Assembly: GCF_006345805.1 (NCBI RefSeq)
Contig: NC_042998.1
Span: forward strand, 32,736,001 to 32,800,000
DNA length: 64,000 bases
Direction: 5' to 3'
Source: Octopus sinensis
Lineage: Eukaryota
Shown: positions 22,840 to 35,632 of the stretch, piece after piece
Layout: the number at the start of each line of letters is the position of its first letter
Position numbering within the stretch: the stretch's first letter is position 1
Program-made: the position numbers and the translations under genes
The notes under the pieces: generated by a model
What the model was told of the DNA's origin: nothing
Databases searched by the model: none
Seen by the model: only the letters and a program-made list of their open reading frames with translations

Positions 22840-23790
22840 TTTCTACTCAAGGCTCAAGGCTCGAAATTTTGGGGGAAGGGGCCAGTCGATTAGATTGACT
22901 CCACTATGCAGGATGTACTCAATCTATGCCCCCTCCCTCCGAAAGGATGAAAGGCAAAGTCGGCCTCGGCGGAATTTGAACTCAGAATGTAATGACAGAC
23001 GAAATACTGCTGAGCATTTTGCCCTGCGTGCCGACATTTCTGCTAGCTCACTGCCTTAAAGTTTACTTCTTGCATCATACAGACCCTTAAGGGCCGGTTT
23101 CTTTGTTTCCATGGCATATATATTCCCCATCGGGACGGGATGCCGGTCGGTCCGTTGCTGGATTGCTTGTTTTTGCCAGCTGACTGAACTGGAGCAACGG
23201 ATAGAAAGGATATAATCTTTCCTATTCTAGGCACAAAGCGCGAAATTTTGAGGGAAGGGGCCAGTTGATTAGATCGACCCCAGTATGCAACTGGTACTTA
23301 ATTTATCGACCCCTGAAAGGATGAAAGGCAAAGTCGACCTTGGTGAAATTTGAACTCAGAACGTAAAGAGAGACAAAATATCGCTAAGCATTTTGCCCGG
23401 CATGCTAACATTTCTGCCAGCTCTCTGCCTCTAGCATCATACAGACCCTTAAGGGCCAGTTTCCTGGTTTCCATGGCATATATATTTCCCCCACTGGATG
23501 GGACGCTGGTCTGTCACAGGATTGCTCATTTTTGCCAGCTGACTGGCCTGGAGCAACAGATAGAAAGGATATAATCTTTTCTATTCTGGGCACGAGGCCT
23601 GAAATTTTGGGGGAAGGGGCCAGTTGATTAGATCGACCCCAGTACGTAACTGGTACTTAATTTATCAAGCCCTGAAGGGATGAAAGGCAAAGTCGACCTT
23701 GGTGAAATTTGAACTCAGAACGTAAAGACAGACGAAATATCGCTAAGCATTTCGCCCGGCATGCTAACATTTCTGCCAGCTCGCCACCTT
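22840..23790 (-). repeat. Tandem duplication, period about 360 bp, of SINE-B plus SINE-F fragment
   Basis: 'gatagaaaggatataatcttt' at about 23200 and 23560. Three SINE-B and two SINE-F segments alternate. Confidence 0.85.
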
Positions 23791-23816
23791 AGGATATGAT
23801 GATAATAATAATAATA

Positions 23817-24225
23817 GGAGTGGCTGTGTGGTAAGTAGCTTGCTTACCAACCACATGGTTCCGGGTTCAGTACCACTGCATGGCATCTTGAACAAGTGCC
23901 TTCCGCTATAGCCCCGGGCCGACCAATGCCTTGTGAGTGGATTCGGTAGACGGAAACTGAAAGAAGCCTGTCGTATATATGTATATATATATGTATGTGT
24001 GTATATATGTTTGTGTGTGTGTTTGTCCACCTAGCATTGCTTGACAACCGATGCTAGTGTGTTTGCGTCCCCGTCACTTAGCGGTTCGGCAAAAGAGACC
24101 GATAGAATAAGTACTGGGCTTACAAAGAATACGTCCCGGGGTCAATTTGCTTGACTAAAGGCGGTGCTTCAGCATGGCCGCAGTCAAATGACTGAAACAA
24201 GTAAAAAAAAAAAAAGAGTAAAAGA
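23817..24225 (+). mobile_element. SINE-A, full length
   Basis: Head, core and tail present. Confidence 0.9.
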
Positions 24226-24229
24226 ATAA

Positions 24230-24450
24230 TAATAATCTTTTCTACTCTAGGCACAAGGCCCGAAATTTTGAGGGAAGGGGCTAATCGATTAGATTGACCC
24301 CAGTGCATAACTGGTACTTAATTTATCGACCCCGAAAGGATGAAAGGAAAAGTCAACCTCAGTGAAATTTGAACTCAGAACTTAGCAGGAGACAAACTAC
24401 CGCTAAGCATTTTGCCTGGCGTGCTGACATTTCTGCCAGCCTGCCGCCTT
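24230..24450 (-). mobile_element. SINE-B monomer
   Basis: 'tctttt ctactctaggcacaaggcccgaaatttt' through 'tctgccagc'. Confidence 0.85.
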
Positions 24451-24944
24451 CCTGTCACCTAAGTTTTGAAACCGTTATGTCGTACTTAAAACATATAAGC
24501 TGTCCAGAGTATAGACAGTACATTAACTAAAGTCTCAATAGCAAAATACACATGAAGACTATTATAGAATGAATATTAATAGATAAATATTTATGGTGGT
24601 AACAGAGCTCGAATATATGTCTATATTTTTCCCCAAATGAAGCAGATTTATATTTAGAATGTCAGCTGTATTTTGCTTTTTCCTTTCCTTTCCTGTTTTT
24701 ATTTATTATTTCTTTTTTTAAGTTTGATGTATGTTTATCATGTCTAAAAGGGAACTTAAATAAAAATTTATGAAAGAACCAAAACTAAACTTTGATAGAA
24801 TTTACTTTACAGAAGACTATTTTTATAGGTGTAAGGAAGAGCTCTGGTCTGACAAAAATCTATGATAAGAAGTTGGCAACACTTCCAAGCAAATGCTTTT
24901 TTTTATAGGCTGAAGAAACTTGGAATGCGCGCGCATGTGTGTGT

Positions 24945-24954
24945 ATGAATATAC

Positions 24955-25015
<61 letters not shown>

Positions 25016-25222
25016 CATATACATGCATATATATATATACATACATATATATATATATATACATATATACATACATATATATACATATATATATACATAT
25101 ATACATATATATATACATATATATATACATACAATATATACATATATATAAATATATATATATATCCCTATATATATATATATACACATATATAGGTGTG
25201 TGTGTGAGTATACTATATACAA
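24945..25222. repeat. (TA)/(TACA)n compound microsatellite
   Basis: Source of the YI-rich spurious ORFs. Confidence 0.95.
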
Positions 25223-26211
25223 TATTGCGTTATATATTATTTTTATATAAACAATACAACCATTTCATGAATATATCATATTAATTTTCTGACATATTTG
25301 GATATCAAATTACTTGGTTTGTTTAATTTTTTATTAACTTTGTTTATTGATATTGGCAAGGTGGTGTCTAGAATCTTGAGTAGAGTGAAAAAAACTCATT
25401 GATTTCAACTGAAAATAAATATCTGTTACATTTATCTGTTGATAAATTAATACATGTTTTCGGTTCATACATAAATTTTCTTTGCTACTTTATCTAGATG
25501 TTTATCAACATACATGCATTCCTCCACCACTGCCGGCTTCATCAGCCTTACTATGATGATATCTTAGAATGTTTGCAAACATTAATAACAGAATGAGATC
25601 TTAATATTTTATTTTTTCACTTTCTTTGTTTTAACCCCTAGCTCTCCAATTTTGTCTGTGTGCATAAAAAACCTAAATTTACTCACTTGCGAAGAAAATG
25701 GAAATTTCTCTTGATATTTTGGAATGATCACAGATAAGATTACATAACAATTCCATGTAACAAACATTGGTTTACAAAGACAAAGAAAACAAAATTCCAA
25801 ATCTGAAGAAACAAATAATAGTTATATTTCTTTCAAGAAAGGCCCTGCTCAAAATGTCAGCACCTACTATTCCCCACAGTATAGAAACATATCTCATTTT
25901 TCAAGCTTTATTAATTGTGTAACAAAGCATGGTTTTTCCTTATCAGACCCAGAAAACACACCAACTCTGGAACATATCTGAACCTATTGTACATTTCTCA
26001 AGTGAATTCCCTCAATCAAGACATTCATTTTGCATCTTTTATTTACAGATGCAATATAGAATGTGTTCAGAAAAAAAGTCATCCACCGAGAATGGTAATA
26101 TATAGTCTGCTACTCATCAATGACATGTTTTTCAATAAGTATCACCTCTCAGTCTCTTCTATCATTTCTGGAACATTTGTTCCTCTAAATTTGCCAACTT
26201 AGCAAATCAAC

Positions 26212-26755
26212 TTGTTTCAACAATATGCAAGACTAGTGAGTGCCCTGAGAGAAATGCTGGACATAAGAAGCATCAGATGTGGCATGCAGGAGAGCCGTTT
26301 GCATTGGTATAGTCATATACTATGGATGGATGAGGAGAGATATGTGAAGAAGTGCCACTCTCAAACAGTTGAAAGAATCCGGGGTAGAGGTAGACCCAAG
26401 AAGACGTAGTGAGGTGGTGAAGCATGACCATTATACGTTGGGCCTCACAGAGGCAATGACAAAAGACCAAGATCTCTGGAGATATGCAGTGACTGCGAAG
26501 ACCTAACAACTAAAGTGAGTTCATGGCTGTTACCTGCACTAGCTTTACATAACCAGCCCCAACCCATTCAAAGTACCTTTGATCACAGGACGGCTTGCTA
26601 TGCCTACCTTGGATCATAGGGCGACCTGCTGTGCTTGAGGAAACCTATAGAGTCAAGTACATCAACATCAAAATATGGAAATTGTAGTTGTGATACCCGT
26701 GCTGGTGGCACATAAAAAGCACCATCCGAACATGGCTGATGCCAGCATCGCCTTG
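26212..26755 (+). pseudogene. RTE LINE fragment: ORF C-terminus and start of the 3'UTR
   Basis: LREMLDIRSIRCGMQESRLHWYSHILWMDEERYVKKC...RGRGRPKKT is a typical RTE C-terminal pattern, homologous to 17400-17690. Confidence 0.8.
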
Positions 26756-26869
26756 ACAATTTTATGCTTCTTTTTTCTTCTTTCTTTCCATCTTATTTTT
26801 TACTCCCTTCCTTTATATCATCATCTCATTAATATATACCATTCTAATTTTTCCTATTTTCCCCTGCTC

Positions 26870-26925
26870 GTCTCTGATGATGGAATATCCCATACTTGAG
26901 GATATCCCAGAAACAGCTGCAAGAC
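26870..26925 (+). ncRNA. Type-I hammerhead motif, ACAGCTG(T/C) family
   Basis: gtct-CTGATGA-tggaatatcc-catacttga-ggatatccca-GAA-acagctgc-a-agac: 4-bp stem I and stem II pairing 9/10. U16.1 is replaced by C in this copy. Confidence 0.55.
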
Positions 26926-27104
26926 TGAATTTTTTCAGTAATAATAATATTGTATACAACTTGATATGTTTGCCTTGCATTAATGTTTGTTGTCCTATAT
27001 ACACATTTAGGTTGATAAGTGCCAACACATGAAACTTTTGGCCCTTGAGTCACTGTTGCTTCTTGCTAAATATTAATAAAAATATATATTTGTGTGTTTG
27101 GGTA

Positions 27105-27106
27105 GG

Positions 27107-27138
<32 letters not shown>

Positions 27139-27255
27139 TGTATGTATGTATGTATCTATCTATCTATCTATCTATCTACCTACCTACCTACCTATCTATC
27201 TACCTACCTACCTACCTTACCTACCTACCTACCTACCTACCTATCAATCTATCTA
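27105..27255. repeat. Compound tetranucleotide microsatellite (ATGT)n-(ATCT)n-(ACCT)n
   Basis: Visible directly. Confidence 0.95.
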
Positions 27256-27378
27256 TTTAGTTATATATATATATATAGTTAATCCAAACATGAAAACACA
27301 AAGAGAAAACACAACAACGCGAGGACGTGGAACAAATATAGTATTATTGGACACTTAGGAAGGAAGGGAAGAAGGAGG

Positions 27379-27413
27379 GTTTTACGTTTCGAGTGGAGCT
27401 CTTCGTCAGAAAC
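27379..27413 (-). ncRNA. Intact minimal type-I hammerhead ribozyme motif
   Basis: Minus strand gttt-CTGACGA-a-gag-ctcca-ctc-GAA-acgt-a-aaac: all core nucleotides present, 4-bp stem I, 3-bp stem II, palindromic stem III, GUA cleavage triplet. Confidence 0.75.
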
Positions 27414-27490
27414 ATAGGAAAAGGAAAGATCCAGAGAAAAGAAGATGGAGGAAAAAAATCGCCAACGGTACACATGCGGTCACATTTTGA

Positions 27491-27533
<43 letters not shown>

Positions 27534-27590
27534 TATATATATATATATACACATATATATATATACACATGAATGCATATATATAAATAT

Positions 27591-27623
<33 letters not shown>

Positions 27624-28982
27624 TACATACACATACACATGTGAATGTGTGTGTATGAGTGTATAAGTATGTGTGTGAATGTTATACCTTTCGGATATGT
27701 ATTCATACATATGCACGTATCTATCTTTAATTTTATTATTTATTGTTTTCTTATAATGTTTATTCTATTTTATTTTATATTTACTTTTATTTTCTGCCGC
27801 CTTTTATTTCCTTATTTGCATCTTCCTGGCGTGCATGCAAACTCATTGGAACACTCTATCCGGTAATTGGAACCAACTGCCTCAAACTCTGTCTTCTTCA
27901 GATCTGGATGTGAGTTCTTTTCTTCTTCCTCCTTTCCTTGGAGATGTTGACATATTTATTATCACACATATTTAACATCAAACTAGCCTCTCCTCAATTT
28001 ACTCTCTCAATTTACACCAGCACCGAAACAAGAAAGCCAAAATACATTCTATGATTTCATATGATGTCTTGCAAGCAACTTGCACATGCAACTGCTACCA
28101 GTCAAGAACTCTGCATACCGGAAGCCTGCAAGTGTATGGGGTCATCAGGAGAGAATGTGCACCGTTTCGGGGCCTACCTCTCAACGGCATCAATGCGCCC
28201 ACACACACACACCTCACTGATATGAGGTCTCGCTAGCTAGATCAACTGGTTATTAAATAAAGCTCACTATTTCTCTAGCCATTGCTCATCCACATGGATG
28301 AGAAAGCCTACTTTTTACTGTCGTGGGCTTACATGCCCCATTATTAGACTATTTTCATTAGTCATTGCACTGTGATCGCTATAAGCTTTAATCTTATACA
28401 AATGCCATATATATGAGCATATGTAAACATGTATGTGTGTTGCATGTGTCCAGAGAGAGATGGTCAATAACTAAGCTTATTTTCAAATATATCTCTGAAT
28501 TGTTTCCATTCTTTGAATCACAATAGATGATTGATAATAACCTGTCAAAAATTATGCAGTTCTTTCCTTGTTGAAAGTTGTTTGTTTGCTTTTTCTCTTC
28601 AGATATGCAGTAAATGTTGATCAGTGATCTGACACAAACCAAAACGTTTTGTCATGAATCATAACTTTGTTCTACATAATATTTTTATAGCTATGTTCAA
28701 AACCACTTGGATTATCAAATTTGAGGTATTTTTTTTTGCTTTGCCTGTTCACTTTATGCCAGCACCATTGCTCTTAACGAAGAAAGCATGCCAGCTCATT
28801 TACAAGTCAGATATTAAATAATTGTCTCCTTGATTAAATAAACAAATGATATTGATATAATCAAGTCTGAAAATTCTATCAATTCTACAACTTTGCTAAA
28901 GTACCTTATTTTGTTCACTTTTTACTACGCTTGTTCATCAAGAAACATGAATTAACAAGGTTCAGTGTCATAGAACGTTCAC

Positions 28983-29222
28983 CATCATCATCATCATCAT
29001 CGTTTAACGTCCGCTTTCCATGCTAGCATGGGTTGGATGGTTCAACTGGGTTCTGGGAAACTCGAAGGCTGCACCAGGCCAGTCAGATCTGGCAGTGTTT
29101 CTACAGCTGGCTGTCCTCCCTAACACCAACCACTCCGTGAGTGTAGTGGGTGCTTTTTACGTGCCACCGACACAGGTGCCAGACGAGGCTGGCGAACGGC
29201 CACGCTCAGATGGTGCTTTTTA
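28983..29222 (-). mobile_element. RTE-3' copy
   Basis: (CAT)n followed by cgtttaacgtccgctttccatgctagc. Confidence 0.85.
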
Positions 29223-29416
29223 ATTTCGATGGTATCGTTTCAGTTCAGATCTGAGCAGTTCAGACTGGTTATGGCATTACAGCTTCTCTTAGTATACCAT
29301 AAAGTCTATCACAATGTTTTACAGGTGACGTAATTAGTGCTTGTAATTCCACCAGAGTAAATTTCAATATAGGTTTGATATTGTCAGGTATTTAAACTTC
29401 TAAGTTAAATATTCCT

Positions 29417-29634
29417 GTTCTATATTTAAGAGATGTGGAATTATGTACATTATTTACATTATTTACATTTGACGGATATTTGTCCTCATTTTGTTTGTTG
29501 TTAACACAACATTTTGGCTGATATACCCTCCAGCCCACGGCATATGGTGTAGTAGTTAAGAGCACGGGCAACTAACCCGAAGAATTCGAGTTCGATTCCA
29601 GGCAGTGAGCTGAATAATAATAATAATAATAATA

Positions 29635-29682
<48 letters not shown>

Positions 29683-29828
29683 GATTAACATCGAAAAATA
29701 CCTTAGGAATGAGAACCCAGGTTCAAAATTTCCCCAAGACACCTGATGAATCTGGAGGGTATATCAGGCGAAACAATGTGTTAACAACAAACAAGATGAG
29801 AACAAATATCCATCAAATGTAAATAATG
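29417..29828. mobile_element. SINE-D composite: inverted 3' tail (29417-29535, minus) plus full forward copy (29534-29828), 16-bp TSD
   Basis: TSD taagttaaatattcct at 29401-29416 and 29829-29844. Hammerhead-like segment at about 29739-29781. Confidence 0.9.
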
Positions 29829-29899
29829 TAAGTTAAATATTCCTATATATATATATGATCAATAATGTATATATATATAAAATAATCAATATATATATA

Positions 29900-30525
29900 C
29901 GGAGATATACTGTACTTGAGAAGACCAGGCAAGTCAAGTGAGACCGTAACCATAGCCAATGCCAGTGTCACATAAACAGCCCATTTAGGAGTACCCTTCA
30001 ATCTTAGGCAATATAATGTGCTTGAGAAGATCTGTTGAGTCAAGTGAAAACATTGTCGTCACTGATGCCAGTATCATCAGACTGGCACCTGTGATGGTGA
30101 CACGTAAAAAGCACTATTCAAGTGTGGTCGAAGCCAGTCCCACTGGAATTGCTCCTATGCTGGTGGCAGGTAAAAAGGACCACACGAGCCACGAGCATGG
30201 TCGATGCCCGTGCTGCCTCACTGGCTCCCATACTGGTGGCATGTAAAAAGCACCATTCAAGTGTGGTTGATGCGAGTTCCACTCGGCTGGCTGCCATGCC
30301 AGTGGTATGTAAAAAGCACCATTTGAGTATGGTCAGCACGAGTACCACTTGACTAGCCCCCGTGCCAGTGGCACATAAAAAGCACCCACTAAACTCTCAG
30401 AGAGGTTGGTGTTAAGAAGGGCATCCAGCTGTAGAAACCTTACCAGATCAGACTGGAGTCTGTTGCAGGCTCCTGACTTGCCAGTCCTCAGTCAAACTAT
30501 CCAACCCATATGATGATGATGATGA
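29900..30525 (+). mobile_element. RTE-3' copy with long multi-repeat 3'UTR
   Basis: About six 'gtggca.gtaaaaagcacc' sub-repeats, then the GAT tail and (TA)n. Confidence 0.8.
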
Positions 30526-30530
30526 TATAT

Positions 30531-30601
<71 letters not shown>

Positions 30602-31249
30602 ATATATATATATATTATATATATATATATTATATATATATGTATGTATATATATATATAACGATTATTTTATATATTGAGATTTAGCTAATTCATAAAA
30701 GAGCTTACCTTCTGTTTTTCCTTATCTGGCACACAAAGTATCTCTATTTTTGCTGTTTTTCTCCACAAAATTAATTGGTTTTGTTTTGCCCTGTATCATT
30801 AAAGCATGAATATCTTTTTCGTATCTTTCATTACAGGTCAAGTTGCTCTCTCTGAGAGCAAGTAATTATGTTTTGTCATTTATGCAAGTTCACGATGTTG
30901 TACATTCTGTGTCCCAATCTTCATTTATCTATGTCCAGTCTATGATTTATCAGACTCTTACTGCATTTCATTAAAATTTTCACCAACTCAACTGAAAATC
31001 TATTACAGAATTCTTTCAGTAGTTACTACACTTTGGCTAAAGCCACCTCTGGCACTAGCAGAAGGACTATACTGATTCTAAGCTACTTGCATAAGAAAAC
31101 TATAACCCTTTAAATTGGTTAGTCTGCTGCTAATTGCTCTTGTGCTTCTTTTATATATATAGTGATATATATAATCAGATTAAAGTATAGAATTTTTTGT
31201 CAATATTTGTACTTATTTACAATATTGTGTTTTAAACCTAGCAATGACA

Positions 31250-31790
31250 AAAGGCTGAGACCTCTCGAGATATGGTGTGACTGAGAAGACCTGGCAAATA
31301 AAGTGAGTCCACAGCTGTAACCTACACCAGTGTCGCATAATCAGCCAACTCAGAAGTACCTTGGATCGTAGGGTGACATGCCATGCTTGAGGAGACCTAT
31401 TGACTCAAGTACATCAATATCAACATCAAAATCAAAATCAAATCAAATGGAAATTGTAGTTGTGAGCCCTGTGCCAGTAGCATGTAAAAAGCACCATCCG
31501 AACATGGCTGATGCCAGTGCTGCTTTGACTGGCTTCCATGCCAGTGGCACGTAAAAAGCACCATCCGATCATAGTCAATACCAGCTCCTCTGGCACCTGT
31601 GCTGGTGGCACGTAAAAAGCACCCACTGCACTCTCGGAGTGGTTGGCGTTAGGAAGGGTATCCAGCTGTAGAAACACTGCCAGATCAGATTGGGACCTGG
31701 TGCAGCCTCCTGGCTTCCCAGACCCCAGATGAACCATCCAACCCATGCCAACATGGAAAACGGATGTTAAATGATGATGATGATGATGAC
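31250..31790 (+). mobile_element. RTE-3' copy
   Basis: Its 3'UTR start matches 26500-26755. Ends in a GAT tail. Confidence 0.85.
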
Positions 31791-32432
31791 GAGAAAAGCA
31801 TGATAGTTTTCTGCTCTCTCTCTCTCTCTCTCTAACTTAGCAATATAGCATCTGAGAAACTGACCTACAGTGATTTGAACTCTCGGCTATTTTCTAAGTT
31901 TTAATGTTTTAGAATTCCTTGACATATTTTGCAATAAAAAGCATGTCTTTGGTATTTAGAAAGCACCCACATACGGGCTTCAGTAACTGTAATGATTAGT
32001 AGCTTTATGATATCTAGCTGCACACTAAATGCCTTATTGCTAGTCTTAATGTTGTTGAAAGAGATCTCATACATAGCTGAAATAATTCTCACAAGTTGTA
32101 GAGAGGAGCCTTTAGTCTTGTTTTTGTTGAGGATGTGACAGAGGCAAAAGAGTCACTGGGTTGATGGTGTTAATGATGAAGAGACAGTGCTAGAGGAGTG
32201 ATGATGGGATACATTTGTGATGTACTATCATTAGTGCAATGAGAAAGCGAGAGAGACAGCAGGGTCCTAGGTAAGAGACAGTGATAGCTAGAAGTGTAAA
32301 TAGTCAATATGTTAATGGCATGAGAATAATGGAGTACAAAATAGTTTAATTGAGTTGCCAGAGAAACTACGTCTAGCAGATTGATAATGCAATCTTAAAC
32401 TGTGATCAGCAGCTACACTTTATAAATATATA

Positions 32433-32938
32433 CTGTAAATCCTCGAGTATAATCCACATTTTTTTTACTAAAATTTAAAGGTCAAAATCCCAAGTGCGTA
32501 CTATATATGAGGTTAAAAATGAAAAATATTTTCTAAGCAATGTCTGAGTCTCTATTTGCTGTCTGGCAATGTTTATTCAGATGCATTTTGTGATGTTGGG
32601 TGCGAAAATTCCTTAAGCTAAGCCTGAAAGCATTGAAGTCATAAAAGAATCATTAAAAACTTGCAGTAAGCAACATTTATTGAAATAAAAGTATTCAGAA
32701 TACAGAATAACATGTAACAAAAACAATTTGCAAGCATATTTATATTCCCATATAACAGTTAAGAACATCACCATTATTGTATTATGCATGCGCAGAAGTG
32801 TTTGTTTGACTAGGTGCTGCTGGCTTAATTACGCACGACTCAAGTTAGAGAAGGGGTGCGTATTATACACAAGGTTTAGGTTTTTCAAAGGCACAACCCC
32901 CTAAAAATCCCTTGCGTATTATACTCGAGGATTTATGG
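32433..32938. mobile_element. Tc1/mariner-type (Tc2/pogo-like) MITE
   Basis: TA|ctgtaaatcctcgagtataat ... attatactcgaggatttatgg|TA: TIRs of about 21 bp and TA duplication. Confidence 0.8.
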
Positions 32939-33039
32939 TATTTTAAATTAAATGTCATGCAAATATGCACAAATGCAGAAATACAGAGAAAATTTAGAGC
33001 TATTTTAAGATCTTTAACCTCTGTTGGCAACCAAAGGTT

Positions 33040-33450
33040 TCTCATTCTGAGTAAAGGGAAGATTGTGTGATGCATGTTCACAAGCAGCAATGCTACATGA
33101 TAGTGAGGTATGGACCCAGAAAACAGAGGTCATGCAAAGACTGGAGAGGAATTAAGCTGGTATGTTTTGCTAGATGTGCAATGCCAGTGTACAAGTGTGA
33201 CAGTTCTAGTGTATTGAGAGAGAAGTTAAGGACGTGAGGAATGAGCTTCAACATGCAAGAGAGAAGAAGATTGTACTGGTTTAGTCATGTGATGCAGAGG
33301 GATGAAGACAGTTGCATAAATAAGGGCAAATCACTTAGAATGGATGGGACTTGTTGAAAAGGTAAACCCAAGAAGACACAAGACAAAGCACTGAAGGTGT
33401 ATTTCATGACACTGAGCCTTATGAAAAACTGAGATATATGGCTCCTTGTT
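33040..33450 (+). pseudogene. Highly degenerate RTE C-terminal fragment
   Basis: 'gcaatgctacatgatagtgagg...gatgaagacagttgcat...aaggtaaacccaagaagac' parallels 17280-17600. Confidence 0.55.
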
Positions 33451-33939
33451 GTACACAAGAAGACCCATCCATCACAGAGAATGATATCCTAAGACCACTT
33501 TGGTAATGCTTGTCCATGAAGAGATCGGCTCCATCCCACTTTTTCTCTCCTTCTCGCACTCTCATTCTTCCTATCTGAATGAAAAAGCAGTTTTCTTTCT
33601 TCTGTGTATAAAGTATTGAACGAAACAGTTCAGTGTTTTGTTTTTTAATAATTCTCAATGCAATCCAAGTCCGTAATTGATTGCATCAGAAGTGCTTCAT
33701 CAATCAGAATTAAAGAAAATCTTGAGAAGCGCATAACACCATAAATTAATAAGTGAATATACAAGCTCTTGTGATCTTATATGATTTGTAGTTTCTCTGC
33801 AATCCAAGCTTCACTCTTTCCTCTGAAAGATGGTGGCTGCTCATAGATAAATTTTTATTTTCCACACAGCTCAATGATTCATTGCAGAAACCAAATATCT
33901 TACACTCCTTGCACACCTTTGTGACTGACATTGGAATTT

Positions 33940-34420
33940 TGTCGGTTACAGCATTGAGTGTTCCAGTCGATTCACTCTACCGAACAGCCTGTTTATGGAA
34001 TTAATGTCCAAATCGCTGACCACTCCACTGATATGCATAATCTTAACATAGTTCTCAAGGAGATTCAGTGTGACTCAAAATGCAACAAGGCTGGCCCCTT
34101 TGTATTTCAGATACCACTCATTTTTGCCAGTTGAGTGGACTTACACATTGTATAATAAACTGTCTTGCTGTTCATTTATTTACATCCCCATAACTTAATG
34201 GTTTCACAAGAAGAAACTAATAGAATAAGTACCAGGCTTATCAACATAAAAAAAGCACTAGGCTGTGTCTCATATTTTTGTTTGCCCACTCAGTTGTATC
34301 TATCAATTTATCTTTGTATGTGTGTGTGTGTATATATATCAATGCCCGTCTGAGAATTGAACTCATGACCTGATGATCGTAAGCCAAATACCTTGACCAC
34401 TTAACCACATGTCTTCACCC
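33940..34420 (-). mobile_element. SINE-F head with a SINE-E-type tail, interrupted by a SINE-A-like fragment
   Basis: Reverse complement has gtgaagacatgtggttaagtgg, then 'gggccagccttgttgca...ctgaatctccttgagaactatgttaag'. Confidence 0.55.
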
Positions 34421-34479
34421 ACTGGCTTCATAACGATCTTACAGAATATGAAAACAGAAGCAACACATTTGAAATCTCT

Positions 34480-35410
34480 AAGTGGTCATTCAAAAATCAA
34501 GACAGATGTTGTTCAAAGGGTCTTTGAGAAATATTCATTTTTAATGGTGGAAATTTAATAGTGAAAGATGAAATCAGGAATGACTTGAGGTAGGCTGTTC
34601 GACAATTGACCATGTCGACTGATTTCTTTGCATATTTTTTGCAACATTACCTATAGCACTGGCTTTTGCTGAGTTTCTATTTAGCTACCAAACCACTTTT
34701 ACAATTTAAGATCTTGGAAACTCTGCAGAGCATAAAACAAATTTTGCTGATATACTTGACATGAAATTATACTTCAATCTTAAATTCAATTGTATCAGAG
34801 CAAATTAAAAAAATATTTATAATGGAGGCCAGTATTTGAGTCTATTGCTGCAGTGACATGCGCATTAGAAGAATGTCACTTAGCTTTTAAGGGAAGCTAT
34901 GAAACTTTTAGATCAGAAAATAATAACAACTGCCTTGACCTTAATTGCTGAGTTTAATCCATTTCTTTCCATCCACTTAAAACAACTTGGCTGCCAGGAA
35001 TTCTTTGCGTTTTTGGTTGATTTAAAACTTTAGAGATATTGCTACCTGGAAAAATCAATACTTTGATCAAAGAATATTCAAAAACTATTGAAATTAACCT
35101 TACGAGTGAAATCAGGCAATTTCATTCAGAATTTCATTTCCTGGATAATTATGTCAAGTAAAAAAACTATTCATAAAAGGAACAAATTTGCCTCAAAGAT
35201 AAATATGAAATTATGAACAAGAGAATGCCCATTATATTTTCCTGATGTGGAAGTTTTCCCAGATGTAGCATTCAACTCTTTGTATGTCCTATTTTAACAA
35301 ACTGCCCAGAAAATGGGCTATTTTTACATCTAAAGAAAATGGAAAGGAACTCAGAGCAAACCTGCCTCAAGAACTGCCTGCACTTAGCATCATGTGCATA
35401 GAACATAAGC
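34480..35410 (+). pseudogene. Internally deleted hAT transposase relic (ZMYM1/DUF4371-like segment and dimerisation domain)
   Basis: Fragments AFKGSYETFRSENNNNCLDL, IAEFNPFLSIHLKQLG, LTNCPE and KELRANLPQELPALSIMCIEH match hAT patterns (LAFRG..., EFDPFL..HL, TNC..ERSFS, LSI.CIE). Many frameshifts. Confidence 0.7.
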
Positions 35411-35454
35411 TGAGTACATATATAGAGATAGATAGATAGAGAGAGAGGGGGAGA

Positions 35455-35510
35455 GTGAGATAGATAGATAGATGTATAAAGATATATGTATGTATGCATT
35501 ACATATATTT

Positions 35511-35569
<59 letters not shown>

Positions 35570-35632
35570 TGTGTGTGTGTGTATATATACACACACATAT
35601 ATATATACATATATGCATATGTGTATGTATAT
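35455..35632. repeat. (GATA)/(TA)/(TG) compound microsatellite
   Basis: Visible directly. Confidence 0.9.

Noticed and set aside
28130-28200. Hammerhead from 'tcatcag...cgtttcgg'
   Set aside because: On the minus strand the two half-cores are in the wrong order for type I, and the stems do not pair for type II.
33500-33930. Two adjacent minus-strand ORFs (79 and 61 aa) with a short internal duplication
   Set aside because: No recognisable domain or splice structure. Likely decayed repeat sequence.
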